Of a stretch of DNA of 64,000 nt, positions 29,287 through 38,697 are shown piece after piece. The stretch is taken from assembly GCA_021785125.1 (NCBI GenBank), contig JAJYGF010000013.1:41413-105412 (forward strand), in the 5' to 3' direction. Below the pieces are notes generated by a model that was given only the letters and a program-made list of their open reading frames with translations, did no database searches and was not told the DNA's origin. Each line of letters begins with the position of its first letter. Position 1 is the stretch's first letter. Both the position numbers and the translations under genes were made by a program. Origin of the DNA: a bacterium (GTDB taxonomy: Bacteria; Patescibacteriota; Minisyncoccia; Moranbacterales; UBA2206).

Positions 29287-30273
29287 ATGAAAAAAGCGAT
29301 AATCGAAGTTAGAAAATTGAATAAGACGTATGAATATTCCAATAAGAAGGAGGGTTTGAAAAATTCTTTCCGGGATCTTTTTAAACGGAAGAAGCTTTAT
29401 AAGCATGCCGTGAAAGATGTCAGTTTTGATATTCAAGAGGGTGAGTTGGTGGGTTTTTTGGGGCCTAATGGGGCGGGGAAAACCACGACTCTCAAGATGC
29501 TTTCCGGAATTCTGACTCCATCAAGCGGAGAGATGAAAATTATGGGATTTGATCCCTCTAAGCGTGAAGAAAAATATCAGATGCAATTCGCGTTTGTAAT
29601 GGGTCAGAAAAGCCAATTGTGGTGGGATTTGCCTGCTATGGAGAGCTTCATCTTGAATAAAGAAATTTATGAGATAAGTGACAAAGATTTTAAGGAACGA
29701 TTGGATGAATTTGTGGAGCTTCTGGATGTGAAGGATGTCATTTACAAGCAGGTGCGCCAGCTTTCTTTGGGCGAACGGATGAAATGCGAACTGATCGCCT
29801 CGCTTCTGCATGCTCCGAAAGTTTTGTTCTTGGATGAGCCGACGATCGGCATGGATGTGGTGGCGCAGAAAAACATCCGTGATTTCATAAAGAAATATAA
29901 CAAAGAGAAAAAAGTTACGATCATACTGACTTCTCACTATATGGAAGATATATTGCAGCTTTGTGAGCGCATCATTATCATCAATCTGGGCCAAGTAATC
30001 TATGACGGTCCGATGGATGCTTTGATAAGGAAATACGCGGCCAATAAATTGATCAGCGTTTCTTTTGAAAATGAGGTAAAATCCGAGGATGTGGAAAAAT
30101 TTGAATTTTTGAAGAAGTTTGAAGGAGCACAAGCATCTTTCGATGTACCCAGGGAAAAAGTCAAGGATGTGGCAAGAGAAATCTTATCTTCAAATCTACC
30201 GGTCAAGGACATCGATATCAGTGAAGAAGATGTTGACGCGATAATAAGAAATATTTATGTGGAAAAGAAATAA
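29287..30273 (+). CDS. ABC exporter ATP-binding subunit
   Basis: GPNGAGKTT, LSLGERM, LFLDEPT. Confidence 0.95.
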   Translation: MKKAIIEVRKLNKTYEYSNKKEGLKNSFRDLFKRKKLYKHAVKDVSFDIQEGELVGFLGPNGAGKTTTLKMLSGILTPSSGEMKIMGFDPSKREEKYQMQFAFVMGQKSQLWWDLPAMESFILNKEIYEISDKDFKERLDEFVELLDVKDVIYKQVRQLSLGERMKCELIASLLHAPKVLFLDEPTIGMDVVAQKNIRDFIKKYNKEKKVTIILTSHYMEDILQLCERIIIINLGQVIYDGPMDALIRKYAANKLISVSFENEVKSEDVEKFEFLKKFEGAQASFDVPREKVKDVAREILSSNLPVKDIDISEEDVDAIIRNIYVEKK

Positions 30274-31060
30274 AAAATATATCCATGTGGCTAAGAATAG
30301 TTTCCAGGAAGCGATAATTTATCGAGTTAGTACGCTGGCCTTTTTCTTTTCGGAAATTTTCTCTTTTATCTTTATTTTCTATCTTTGGACTTCAATTTAT
30401 AAACAAGGCGGTCAAATTGGAAATTATGAATTGAAAGATTTGATTCTGTATTATTTCGTATCAAATTTTTTATGGATAACCATCAAGGGGACTGACATAG
30501 CTTGGGATGTTGGGGATGAAATACGAATGGGCCAAATAACTAATGTATTGCTTAGGCCCATGAGATATGCAAGATATAAGTTTTCACAGATGTTGGGAGG
30601 ATTGGCTTATCGAACCAGCGTATTCATGGTGGTTTTTATGCTGATTGGAATTTTTTTAAGTTCTTATATCAATTTCAATATTGAATTGAAAAATATTTTA
30701 TTTTTTATAATTTTCTTTGCAATCGGTTACGTTATTAATTATTTTATTTTTTACACTTTAGGATTGACCACATTTTGGCTTGGCCTGGTGCGTGGATTTA
30801 ATTTCTCGCTTAGTGTGATTACTGGATTTATGGATGGAAGTGTCATCCCGGTTGATTTGTTGCCTAGAATTGTCCGAAACATAAATGATTTTTTGCCATT
30901 TAAATATATCATCTTTACTCCGGTATCTGTTTTTAATGGAAAAATACAGGTCACTTGGGAAACCTTGGTCATACCGATTGCTTGGATTATTGTTTTATAT
31001 TTATTGGCTAAATTTGTTTTGAATAAAGGAATAAAAGTTTATGAGGGATATGGTGCGTAA
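30257..31060 (+). CDS. ABC-2 family permease
   Basis: 6 TM helices, 'IRMGQITNVLLRP', 'G.VIP.DLLP'. Confidence 0.88.
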   Translation: MWKRNKKYIHVAKNSFQEAIIYRVSTLAFFFSEIFSFIFIFYLWTSIYKQGGQIGNYELKDLILYYFVSNFLWITIKGTDIAWDVGDEIRMGQITNVLLRPMRYARYKFSQMLGGLAYRTSVFMVVFMLIGIFLSSYINFNIELKNILFFIIFFAIGYVINYFIFYTLGLTTFWLGLVRGFNFSLSVITGFMDGSVIPVDLLPRIVRNINDFLPFKYIIFTPVSVFNGKIQVTWETLVIPIAWIIVLYLLAKFVLNKGIKVYEGYGA

Positions 31061-31856
31061 AATTAAGAAATATTTCAGAGTATTTTTGCATTTCCAGAAA
31101 ATCGGTTTTATGAATAGGATGCAGTACAGAATTAATTTTGTGGTTATAATAGCCACCGTCTTTATTCAGATTGCTATTAATCTGGCTTTCATACGAGTGG
31201 TTTTCGGATTTGTGAATAATATTTCAGGGTGGGGCTATTACCAGACTCTCATCGTACTTGCCTCATATCTGATTATCGATGGTGCCACATGGGCACTCAC
31301 CGCTTATGTTAACGGAATTGATAGTCATGTAAGAATGGGAACGCTCGATGGAATCATCTTGAAGCCGATAAATACTCAGTTTATAGTTTCATTTTGGAGA
31401 GGCGACACAGAAAATTTGGGGGAGTTGGCTACGGGTGTTGGCTTGGCCGTATATAGCTTGAGCCATTTGAAAATAAATACGAGAATTCTTCTTGAAAATA
31501 TATCCGCTTATGTGCTATTAATTATTTTGGCGCTGGTCATAATCTATAGCTTGAGTATCCTTGTTAGATCAGCTGTATTTTGGCTAATGAATAGTGGCGG
31601 ACTTTTCTCTATCGTTATGAAAATTACCGAATCTTCCAAATATCCTATAGATATCTTTTTTCATAAAATAGTTCGAGGATTTTTCACTTTCATCATTCCC
31701 TTAGCTTTCGTAGCTACCGTTCCAGCCGAAATTTTGACCAAGGGAATTGACTTGAAATTGATCGCCATGTCGGTTATAATGGCAACGCTTTTCTTTGTCG
31801 TGAGTCGCAAGTTTTTTAACTTCGCGCTCAGGCATTATTCAAGCGCTAGTAGTTGA
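31050..31856 (+). CDS. ABC-2 family permease
   Basis: 'G.LD..LKP', 'YPIDIF', 'IPLAFVATVPA', ends YSSASS. Confidence 0.88.
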   Translation: MVRKIKKYFRVFLHFQKIGFMNRMQYRINFVVIIATVFIQIAINLAFIRVVFGFVNNISGWGYYQTLIVLASYLIIDGATWALTAYVNGIDSHVRMGTLDGIILKPINTQFIVSFWRGDTENLGELATGVGLAVYSLSHLKINTRILLENISAYVLLIILALVIIYSLSILVRSAVFWLMNSGGLFSIVMKITESSKYPIDIFFHKIVRGFFTFIIPLAFVATVPAEILTKGIDLKLIAMSVIMATLFFVVSRKFFNFALRHYSSASS

Positions 31857-31938
31857 CAGAAGGTTTTGACAAGCTGAGAGGGCGCTCCGGTATTCTTATT
31901 TTTTTAAAATAGATAAGTTATAATTGATTTATATTTTC

Positions 31939-32595
31939 ATGAAAAACGAAGACATTATTAAAAAAACTGCTGATTTTGTAAAAAAAGAACTAGATGGAGA
32001 ATCAACCGGACATGATTGGTTGCATACCTATAGGGTTTGGAAAATGTCGATGAAAATAGCAAAAAGCGAAAAAAATGTTGATAAATTCATTGTTCAATTA
32101 GCTGCCTTACTTCACGATGTTGCAGATTGGAAATTTAATCAGGAAAACAGTTTGATTGGCTCAAGATTAGCAGGTAAATGGCTTAGAAAAATGAAAGTTG
32201 ATACTAGAATTATTATCGATGTTTGTAATATTATAGACAACATGTCTTTTAAGGGCATGAAAGTAAGCTCACGAATGTTAACCAAGGAAGGAATGATAGT
32301 TCAGGATGCTGATAGGTTGGATGCTATAGGTGCAATTGGCATTGCAAGAACATTTGCATTTGGAGGACATGTAAAAAGGGAAATATATAATCCAAAGTTA
32401 GAAATTATTCAGCATAAATCATTTCAGGAATATAAAAAAACGCAAACAACCTCTATAAACCATTTTTATGAAAAACTTCTTTTGTTGAAAGATTTAATGA
32501 ATACTAGTTTGGCAAAAAAAATTGCGAGAAAAAGACACAAATTTTTAGAAAATTTTTTGGAAGAATTTTTTAGTGAATGGCATGATTCGAATTAA
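31939..32595 (+). CDS. HD-domain phosphohydrolase
   Basis: GHDWLH..RV, LLHD, VQDADRLDAIGAIG, HFYEKLL. Confidence 0.92.
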   Translation: MKNEDIIKKTADFVKKELDGESTGHDWLHTYRVWKMSMKIAKSEKNVDKFIVQLAALLHDVADWKFNQENSLIGSRLAGKWLRKMKVDTRIIIDVCNIIDNMSFKGMKVSSRMLTKEGMIVQDADRLDAIGAIGIARTFAFGGHVKREIYNPKLEIIQHKSFQEYKKTQTTSINHFYEKLLLLKDLMNTSLAKKIARKRHKFLENFLEEFFSEWHDSN

Positions 32596-32706
32596 GCTCT
32601 TGAACTCACCTGCTAAACACTTGACTAGGTTTTATAGATGTGATTAAATAGGATGTGCTGTTGTCATTTTCGAGAATCTTGAAAACTTAACAAAGGAGGC
32701 TGGGCA

Positions 32707-33642
32707 ATGAGTATGAAGCGAGAATTGCGTTTTGTTGTAACGCAACGATGTATTTACGAATGCTCGTTTTGTCATGGTGAAGGGCTGCAAACAGTCAAGC
32801 GTGACGCATTAAGTATAGAAGATTTTCGCTTCATATTTAATGTTGCACGATCGCAGTTTGGTTTTGATTATACAACCCTGAGCGGCGGTGAGCCATTGGT
32901 GCGTAGCGACATAGTTGAAATTGCTGCCGGATTGTATTATGATTCTGGCAAGACAACTCTAACGACTAATGGTTTTTTTCTTGATGAAAAACTTTACATC
33001 GGCAACTATATAAAGCGCTTAAACGTTTCTATACACAGTTTCAATAGAGATGTTTATGAGTCTATAGTTGGAAGATCGAATGTTTTTCATAGGGTAATCT
33101 ATGGGCTGAAGAAGTTTCGCTCAAAATATCCGGAGGTGGAGATAAGACTAAACACCACTGTGGTAAGGGGGTTGAATTCCGGCGAGAAGGACATTGATGA
33201 CTTATTGAAGTTTGCTTCTAGATTAGGAGCTTCAATAAAATTCGTCGAGCTTTATCCTTCATCGTGTTCAGGATTCTTTCCTATAAAGGAAGTGGAGATT
33301 ATGCTTATGCAACGCGGATTTAAGCAATTCATTTCACCTACTCGTAAGCGTGACTACTCCGATGGAGTTATTGAGGTAGGATTAACTAAGATTTTTTGTG
33401 CTGCTGCGGCTGATAGCGAAATCCCATCTCGGTTTTGCAATGAGAATAACGATCTCTTTGTATCGCCTGATGGTATGCTTAAGCCTTGCAGACACAACTT
33501 GATGGAGGTAGATATATTGCCTGAAGTTCGTGAACGTGATGCAGAAAAATTATTTCTAAAGCTCAAAAAGGCTTTTGAGCTTTTGGGAAAAAACTGCGTT
33601 GCTACTGGTACGAATATGGTTCAGCGTGACTCAAGCATCTAA
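32707..33642 (+). CDS. MoaA-like radical SAM protein
   Basis: CIYECSFC (CxxxCxxC), SGGEP, TTNG, NVS, C-terminal FC...DG.LKPC. Confidence 0.9.
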   Translation: MSMKRELRFVVTQRCIYECSFCHGEGLQTVKRDALSIEDFRFIFNVARSQFGFDYTTLSGGEPLVRSDIVEIAAGLYYDSGKTTLTTNGFFLDEKLYIGNYIKRLNVSIHSFNRDVYESIVGRSNVFHRVIYGLKKFRSKYPEVEIRLNTTVVRGLNSGEKDIDDLLKFASRLGASIKFVELYPSSCSGFFPIKEVEIMLMQRGFKQFISPTRKRDYSDGVIEVGLTKIFCAAAADSEIPSRFCNENNDLFVSPDGMLKPCRHNLMEVDILPEVRERDAEKLFLKLKKAFELLGKNCVATGTNMVQRDSSI

Positions 33643-33660
33643 TTTTGTAAGGAGAAGAAC

Positions 33661-34110
33661 ATGGAGAGACATTTCAATGTGACCGTTTACATCTTTAACC
33701 CTGAAAATGGGAAATTCCTTTTCTTGAGACATAAGAAGCTCAAGAAGTGGCTTTCTCCCGGGGGACATATAGATGCAAACGAAAATCCGGAGGTTGCCGC
33801 CCTGCGTGAAGTTATGGAAGAAACCGGTATCGAGACAAGGTTGATTGGTGAACGCTTGCCAAGCGAAGATGACTTAATCTGTCCATTTGGAATCCAGCTA
33901 AACGTGATTGCGCCTGGTGAACATGAGCACATGGATTTGATTTATTTGTCCATTCCTGTAGGAAGTACTGAGGAAAGGTTGAATAAAGAAGAATCCAATG
34001 ATATCGCTTGGTTTAGCTTGGATCAGATTTTGGCACCAGAATTTGATTCCTTTGAAAAAAACAAAAAATGGTGCGCATTTTTCCATGAGTTCATGGAAAA
34101 AAACCGCTAA
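33661..34110 (+). CDS. Nudix hydrolase
   Basis: GGHIDANENPEVAALREVMEETG Nudix box. Confidence 0.95.
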   Translation: MERHFNVTVYIFNPENGKFLFLRHKKLKKWLSPGGHIDANENPEVAALREVMEETGIETRLIGERLPSEDDLICPFGIQLNVIAPGEHEHMDLIYLSIPVGSTEERLNKEESNDIAWFSLDQILAPEFDSFEKNKKWCAFFHEFMEKNR

Positions 34111-34228
34111 TATTATTTACCCCCAGCTAACGCTGGGGGTTTCTTTTTAAGGCATAGATTCCGGTGGGTAAGCTTTGTTTTTTATGATTAAGTTTGGCAA
34201 CAAGCTTTTTTTGTATTAAAATAGTTAG

Positions 34229-35086
34229 ATGAAAATCACCCTCAGTCAATTTGCCGGGTTTTGTGACGGCGTACGACGGGCCTTTGACATCGTCAATAAT
34301 CTGGATGAGGCGAAGACAAAAAAGCCTGTTTTTGTGCTGGGATCTTTGGTGCATAACCAGGACGTGGTGGACAGGATCGAGGAAAAGGGCATCCGGAAGA
34401 TCGACATGCAGAAATTTCTGGACGCCGAGCCGGGAGAGATCGGCACGCTTATCATAACCGCGCATGGCGTCGGGCCGCAGATTTATGAAACCGCCAAAGA
34501 AAAAAATATCGAACTGATCGACACGACCTGTCCGCGGGTCATCAAAGTTCAGCGCCTGGCCCAGCTGTATGTCAAAAAAGGCTATTCCATAGTTCTGGTC
34601 GGCGACAAGGACCACAAAGAAGTAAGAAGTATTTTTGAATGGGGTGGAGAAAAAGCGGCCATAGTGTCCGATGAGGATGATTTGGCCAGGCTGAATCTTG
34701 GACAGACTGAAAAGATCATTATCTTGTCGCAGACGACTCAGAGCAAGGATTTTTTGGAGTTGGTGCATAGCCGTCTCAGGGAAAGATATCCGTCCGTCGA
34801 AATCATGGACACGATCTGCCTGACGACGGATCAGCGCCAGGACGAGATCAAGAAATTGGCGGCCGAGAATGAGGCGGTGGTTGTGATCGGCGGCAAAGAA
34901 AGCGCCAATTCGAACCGGCTGTTTGAGATCGCCAAAAGCATCAATGAAAAGACAGTCTTCATCGAAAGAGTGGATCAGCTCGAAGATTCCTTCTTGCAGG
35001 GGGCGCAAAGCGTGGCAGTGACGGCCGGGGCGTCGACTCCCGATTGGATCATCGAAGGTGTCATGAAGCGCCTGGAAAGGTTGTAA
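34229..35086 (+). CDS. ispH: 4-hydroxy-3-methylbut-2-enyl diphosphate reductase
   Basis: GFCDGV, LVHN, AHG, TTCP, SQTT, TIC..T..RQ, SANS, TAGASTP. Confidence 0.95.
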   Translation: MKITLSQFAGFCDGVRRAFDIVNNLDEAKTKKPVFVLGSLVHNQDVVDRIEEKGIRKIDMQKFLDAEPGEIGTLIITAHGVGPQIYETAKEKNIELIDTTCPRVIKVQRLAQLYVKKGYSIVLVGDKDHKEVRSIFEWGGEKAAIVSDEDDLARLNLGQTEKIIILSQTTQSKDFLELVHSRLRERYPSVEIMDTICLTTDQRQDEIKKLAAENEAVVVIGGKESANSNRLFEIAKSINEKTVFIERVDQLEDSFLQGAQSVAVTAGASTPDWIIEGVMKRLERL

Positions 35087-35143
35087 AATTGCGCCAAAGG
35101 CTGTATGATACATTCATAACAAGCCTTTTTATCAAATAAAAAA

Positions 35144-35950
35144 ATGACCAAGATCGCCATCGTCGAGGATGACCCGATGATATCCGAGATATATTACAAG
35201 AAGTTCACAGACTCGGGATTCGAAGTTCTGACCGCCGCTTCCGGCGACCAGCTTTTGAATCTGCTCAAAGATCAAAAAGTCGACGTGGTCATGACCGATC
35301 TGATCATGCCCAAGATGGACGGCTTCCAGCTGATCGAGAAATTGCGCGGCGGTGAATATAATCCGGACATCAAGATCATCGTCGCGAGCAATCTGAGCCA
35401 GAGGGAGGATCGTGAAAAGGCTATCAATCTGGGCGCCAACGGATTCGTCGCCAAGGCGGAATATAGTCCGAGCGAATTGGTCAAGGAAATTCAAAGGCTT
35501 TTGAATCAATTCCAGGAACAGCAGAAGAACGAGTATCGCGAGAATGCCAAAGCGTCGGGGGTGGACATGGCCGATTCCGGGCCGAAGAAAAAGATCCTGA
35601 TGATCGAAGACGAGGAGATCTTCATCGACATGTTTGGATCGAAGATGAAGCAGGATGGCTATGATGTGGATGCGGCGAGAAACGGTGCATGGGGCATCAA
35701 GGAAGCGCTGAACGGGGAATATGACCTGTTTGTCATCGATATGGTGATGCCGGCCATGACAGGCGACGAGATCGTGGCGAAATTGAAATTGGAAGACAAG
35801 ACCAAAAATATTCCGATCATCGTGCTGTCGGCTTCGGTTGACGACGGGGTGGCGAAGAAGGTCAAGGATTTGGGCGTGCAGGAATTTTTCGTGAAGACGC
35901 AGATCACGCCGAGCGAATTGTCCAAAAAGATCGCAGAAATTTTAGTATAA
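35144..35950 (+). CDS. tandem receiver-domain response regulator
   Basis: Two CheY-like domains (EDD...D..MP...K). Confidence 0.92.
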   Translation: MTKIAIVEDDPMISEIYYKKFTDSGFEVLTAASGDQLLNLLKDQKVDVVMTDLIMPKMDGFQLIEKLRGGEYNPDIKIIVASNLSQREDREKAINLGANGFVAKAEYSPSELVKEIQRLLNQFQEQQKNEYRENAKASGVDMADSGPKKKILMIEDEEIFIDMFGSKMKQDGYDVDAARNGAWGIKEALNGEYDLFVIDMVMPAMTGDEIVAKLKLEDKTKNIPIIVLSASVDDGVAKKVKDLGVQEFFVKTQITPSELSKKIAEILV

Positions 35951-35973
35951 GAAATTAAGTAAGAATCAATCAG

Positions 35974-37293
35974 ATGGAAAGAACATTGATCAGCGAGACT
36001 CCGCAATCGGTCGGACAAATAGTGAAGCTCAAAGGATGGGTGAATATCCGCCGCGACCATGGCAAGCTCATCTTCATCGATCTTCGCGACCGGTCGGGCA
36101 TGATCCAGATGGTCATCATTCCGGACAAGGAGGAGGCATATAAAGTTGCCAAAGACGTGCGCAACGAATTTGTGATTGAAGTGGAGGGATTGGTGAAGCA
36201 AAGGCCCGGAGGCGCGACCAAAGAGGGATCGGCGACCGGCGGAGTGGAGATTGAAGTCGAAAAGATGGCAGTCATATCACAGCCGGAGGATGTATTACCT
36301 TTGGACGTTTCTGAAAATGATATGAATGTTAATCTTGATACATTATTAAATCTTCGCCATCTGACTTTACGAAATAAAAAAATCAAATCTATTTTCAAAG
36401 TCTATGCGGAAGTTATAAATGCTTATGCAAAGATAATGAATCGTGAGGAATTTACGGAAATAAAAACTCCTAAAATCTTAAATTCAGCAACTGAAGGGGG
36501 CGCCAATTTTTTCAAGATAAAATATTTCGAGAAAGAGGCGTTTCTGGCGCAGAGCCCGCAATTCTACAAGCAGGCGGGAGCCGGTATATTCGAGCGTGTT
36601 TTTGAGATTGGTACGGTTTTCCGAGCAGAACCGCATTTTACTACGAGGCATGTCAATGAATATACAAGTTTGGATGCGGAGATGGCTTTCATCGACGGGT
36701 TTGAGGATGTGATGGATGAGCTAGAAAAAGTTATGAAATTTATGATGGAGTCAGTTAATGAACATTGCCGGGAAGAATTGGCGATGTTTGGCGCGGAAAT
36801 CCTGCCGGTCAAATCCATCCCGCGCATAAAATTGACCGAAGCGTTGAGCATTCTGGAAAAGGAATATGGCAAGAAGATGGAAGAGGTCGACATCGATGCG
36901 GAAGGCGAGCGCATGATATGTGAATGGGCCAGAAAGAATTATGATTCGGATTTCGTCTTTCTGACGCATTATCCATCCGCCATCCGGCCGTTCTATTCCA
37001 TGCCGAGCGCCGATCCGCAATATACGGAAACCTTCGACCTTCTTTTCATGGGCGTGGAAATTGCTAGCGGCGGGCAAAGAATACATGATTACAATCAATT
37101 GATTTCTAGTATAAAGAAACATAAGCTGAATCCGGATGATTTTGAGCATTATCTGGATATTTTCAAATACGGCATGCCGCCGCATGGAGGCTGGGGACTC
37201 GGTTCAGAAAGGATCGTCCAGAAGATTCTTGGATTGGGCAGTATCAAGGAAGCTATCCTTTTCCCAAGAGACGTGAAAAGATTGACCCCGTAG
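35974..37293 (+). CDS. aspS: aspartate--tRNA ligase, archaeal/short type, probably non-discriminating
   Basis: OB fold GWV..RDHG, LAQSPQFYKQ, FRAE, SGGQRIH, PPHGGWGLG.ER; 439 aa. Confidence 0.93.
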   Translation: MERTLISETPQSVGQIVKLKGWVNIRRDHGKLIFIDLRDRSGMIQMVIIPDKEEAYKVAKDVRNEFVIEVEGLVKQRPGGATKEGSATGGVEIEVEKMAVISQPEDVLPLDVSENDMNVNLDTLLNLRHLTLRNKKIKSIFKVYAEVINAYAKIMNREEFTEIKTPKILNSATEGGANFFKIKYFEKEAFLAQSPQFYKQAGAGIFERVFEIGTVFRAEPHFTTRHVNEYTSLDAEMAFIDGFEDVMDELEKVMKFMMESVNEHCREELAMFGAEILPVKSIPRIKLTEALSILEKEYGKKMEEVDIDAEGERMICEWARKNYDSDFVFLTHYPSAIRPFYSMPSADPQYTETFDLLFMGVEIASGGQRIHDYNQLISSIKKHKLNPDDFEHYLDIFKYGMPPHGGWGLGSERIVQKILGLGSIKEAILFPRDVKRLTP

Positions 37294-37326
37294 TTTTCTA
37301 TACTTCATAAAATAAAAACAAAATCG

Positions 37327-38550
37327 ATGAAGACCGACCATGTCGAAAGGCTGGATCGCAAGCGCATAGAAATTGCAAATATCGTTTCTCTTCTGATGGG
37401 TTTTTCCCAATCCATCTTGGCCTATGTCTTGTCATCCTATTTCAAGATCGCATCCGGCAGTGAGAATGTCGGCACTTTCTACATGGTTGCGTATGTCATA
37501 TCCCTCGTCATCCTTCTCAATCTGCACAAGATCGTGCGCCTGATCGGCAAAGCGAATGTGTATTATTTCGCCCTGATCGCAAAAATCATCTCGGTCACCC
37601 TGCTGATTTTTCTGGATCCGTCCCGGCTGGGCATCGCTCTTTTGATGATTTATCTTATCGCGGTCAATGTCGAATGGACGACGCTGGACGTGATTTTGGA
37701 ATCATATTCGACCGACAAAAAATCCGGCCGCATCAGGGGACTGCATCTGACCATTCTCAACGCGGGATTCTTGTTCGGGCCGCTGATCTCGGCCAAGATT
37801 CTGGATGTCATGAGCTATCAAGGAATCTTCTTCTTCGCGCTGGTTTCCAGCGCCTTGACCCTTGCCTTCGCTCTGCCGGCTTTTCGCAACATCAACCACC
37901 GGTTCGAACAGAAGCTGAAGGTGGCAGAAATGATCCGCAAAGTAATTTCCAGAAAAGATCTGCTCCGGATCTATTATGTCTCATTTTCCTTGGAATTTTT
38001 CTATGCCTTGATGGTTGTCTACACCCCACTCTATCTTCTGGACCTGGGCTATTCCTGGGACAAGATCGGCATCATCTTCACAATCATGCTCGTCCCGTTC
38101 GTCGTCTTGCAATATCCGATGGGCATTTTGGCTGACAAGAAATTCGGAGAGAAGGAATTTCTGATCTTTTCCGTTTTCCTGATGGGCATCTCGACTTTCA
38201 TGATATTTTTCATCGGCGCGGCCAGCGTGGCGGTCTGGGCGTCGATACTTTTCATCACGCGGGTCGGGGCGGCGCTCGTCGAGATCCTGCGCGATTCATA
38301 TTTTTTCAAGCGGATCGACGGCTATGACGTGGATATGATCAATTTTTTCCGGACAGCCGTGCCGATGGCATACATTTTGGGAACTATGGTCGCCACTTTG
38401 GCCGTGTTTTTCTTTTCGACCAGATTCATCTTTCTGATCATCGCGGCCGTGGTGCTGTCGGCACTCTATCCGGCTTTCAAGCTGGCGGACAACAAGTCGG
38501 AGAAAGAGATGGCGCATGAGCAATATGTCCTGGCGGAAGAGAGGCAATAG
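37327..38550 (+). CDS. MFS transporter
   Basis: About 12 TM helices, 'G.LADKKFG' motif. Confidence 0.88.
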   Translation: MKTDHVERLDRKRIEIANIVSLLMGFSQSILAYVLSSYFKIASGSENVGTFYMVAYVISLVILLNLHKIVRLIGKANVYYFALIAKIISVTLLIFLDPSRLGIALLMIYLIAVNVEWTTLDVILESYSTDKKSGRIRGLHLTILNAGFLFGPLISAKILDVMSYQGIFFFALVSSALTLAFALPAFRNINHRFEQKLKVAEMIRKVISRKDLLRIYYVSFSLEFFYALMVVYTPLYLLDLGYSWDKIGIIFTIMLVPFVVLQYPMGILADKKFGEKEFLIFSVFLMGISTFMIFFIGAASVAVWASILFITRVGAALVEILRDSYFFKRIDGYDVDMINFFRTAVPMAYILGTMVATLAVFFFSTRFIFLIIAAVVLSALYPAFKLADNKSEKEMAHEQYVLAEERQ

Positions 38551-38697
38551 GACTACTTGATTTAATTACGTAATTAAATATGTAATTCCGCGCTCGGGAG
38601 AAAAGCGGTTTTTTTTGTCTATGGTATAATAAAATCACAAAAATCTTGATCCGTCTTGGCGGGTCGCGTATTTTTCTTGAAACAAAAATAACATCAT

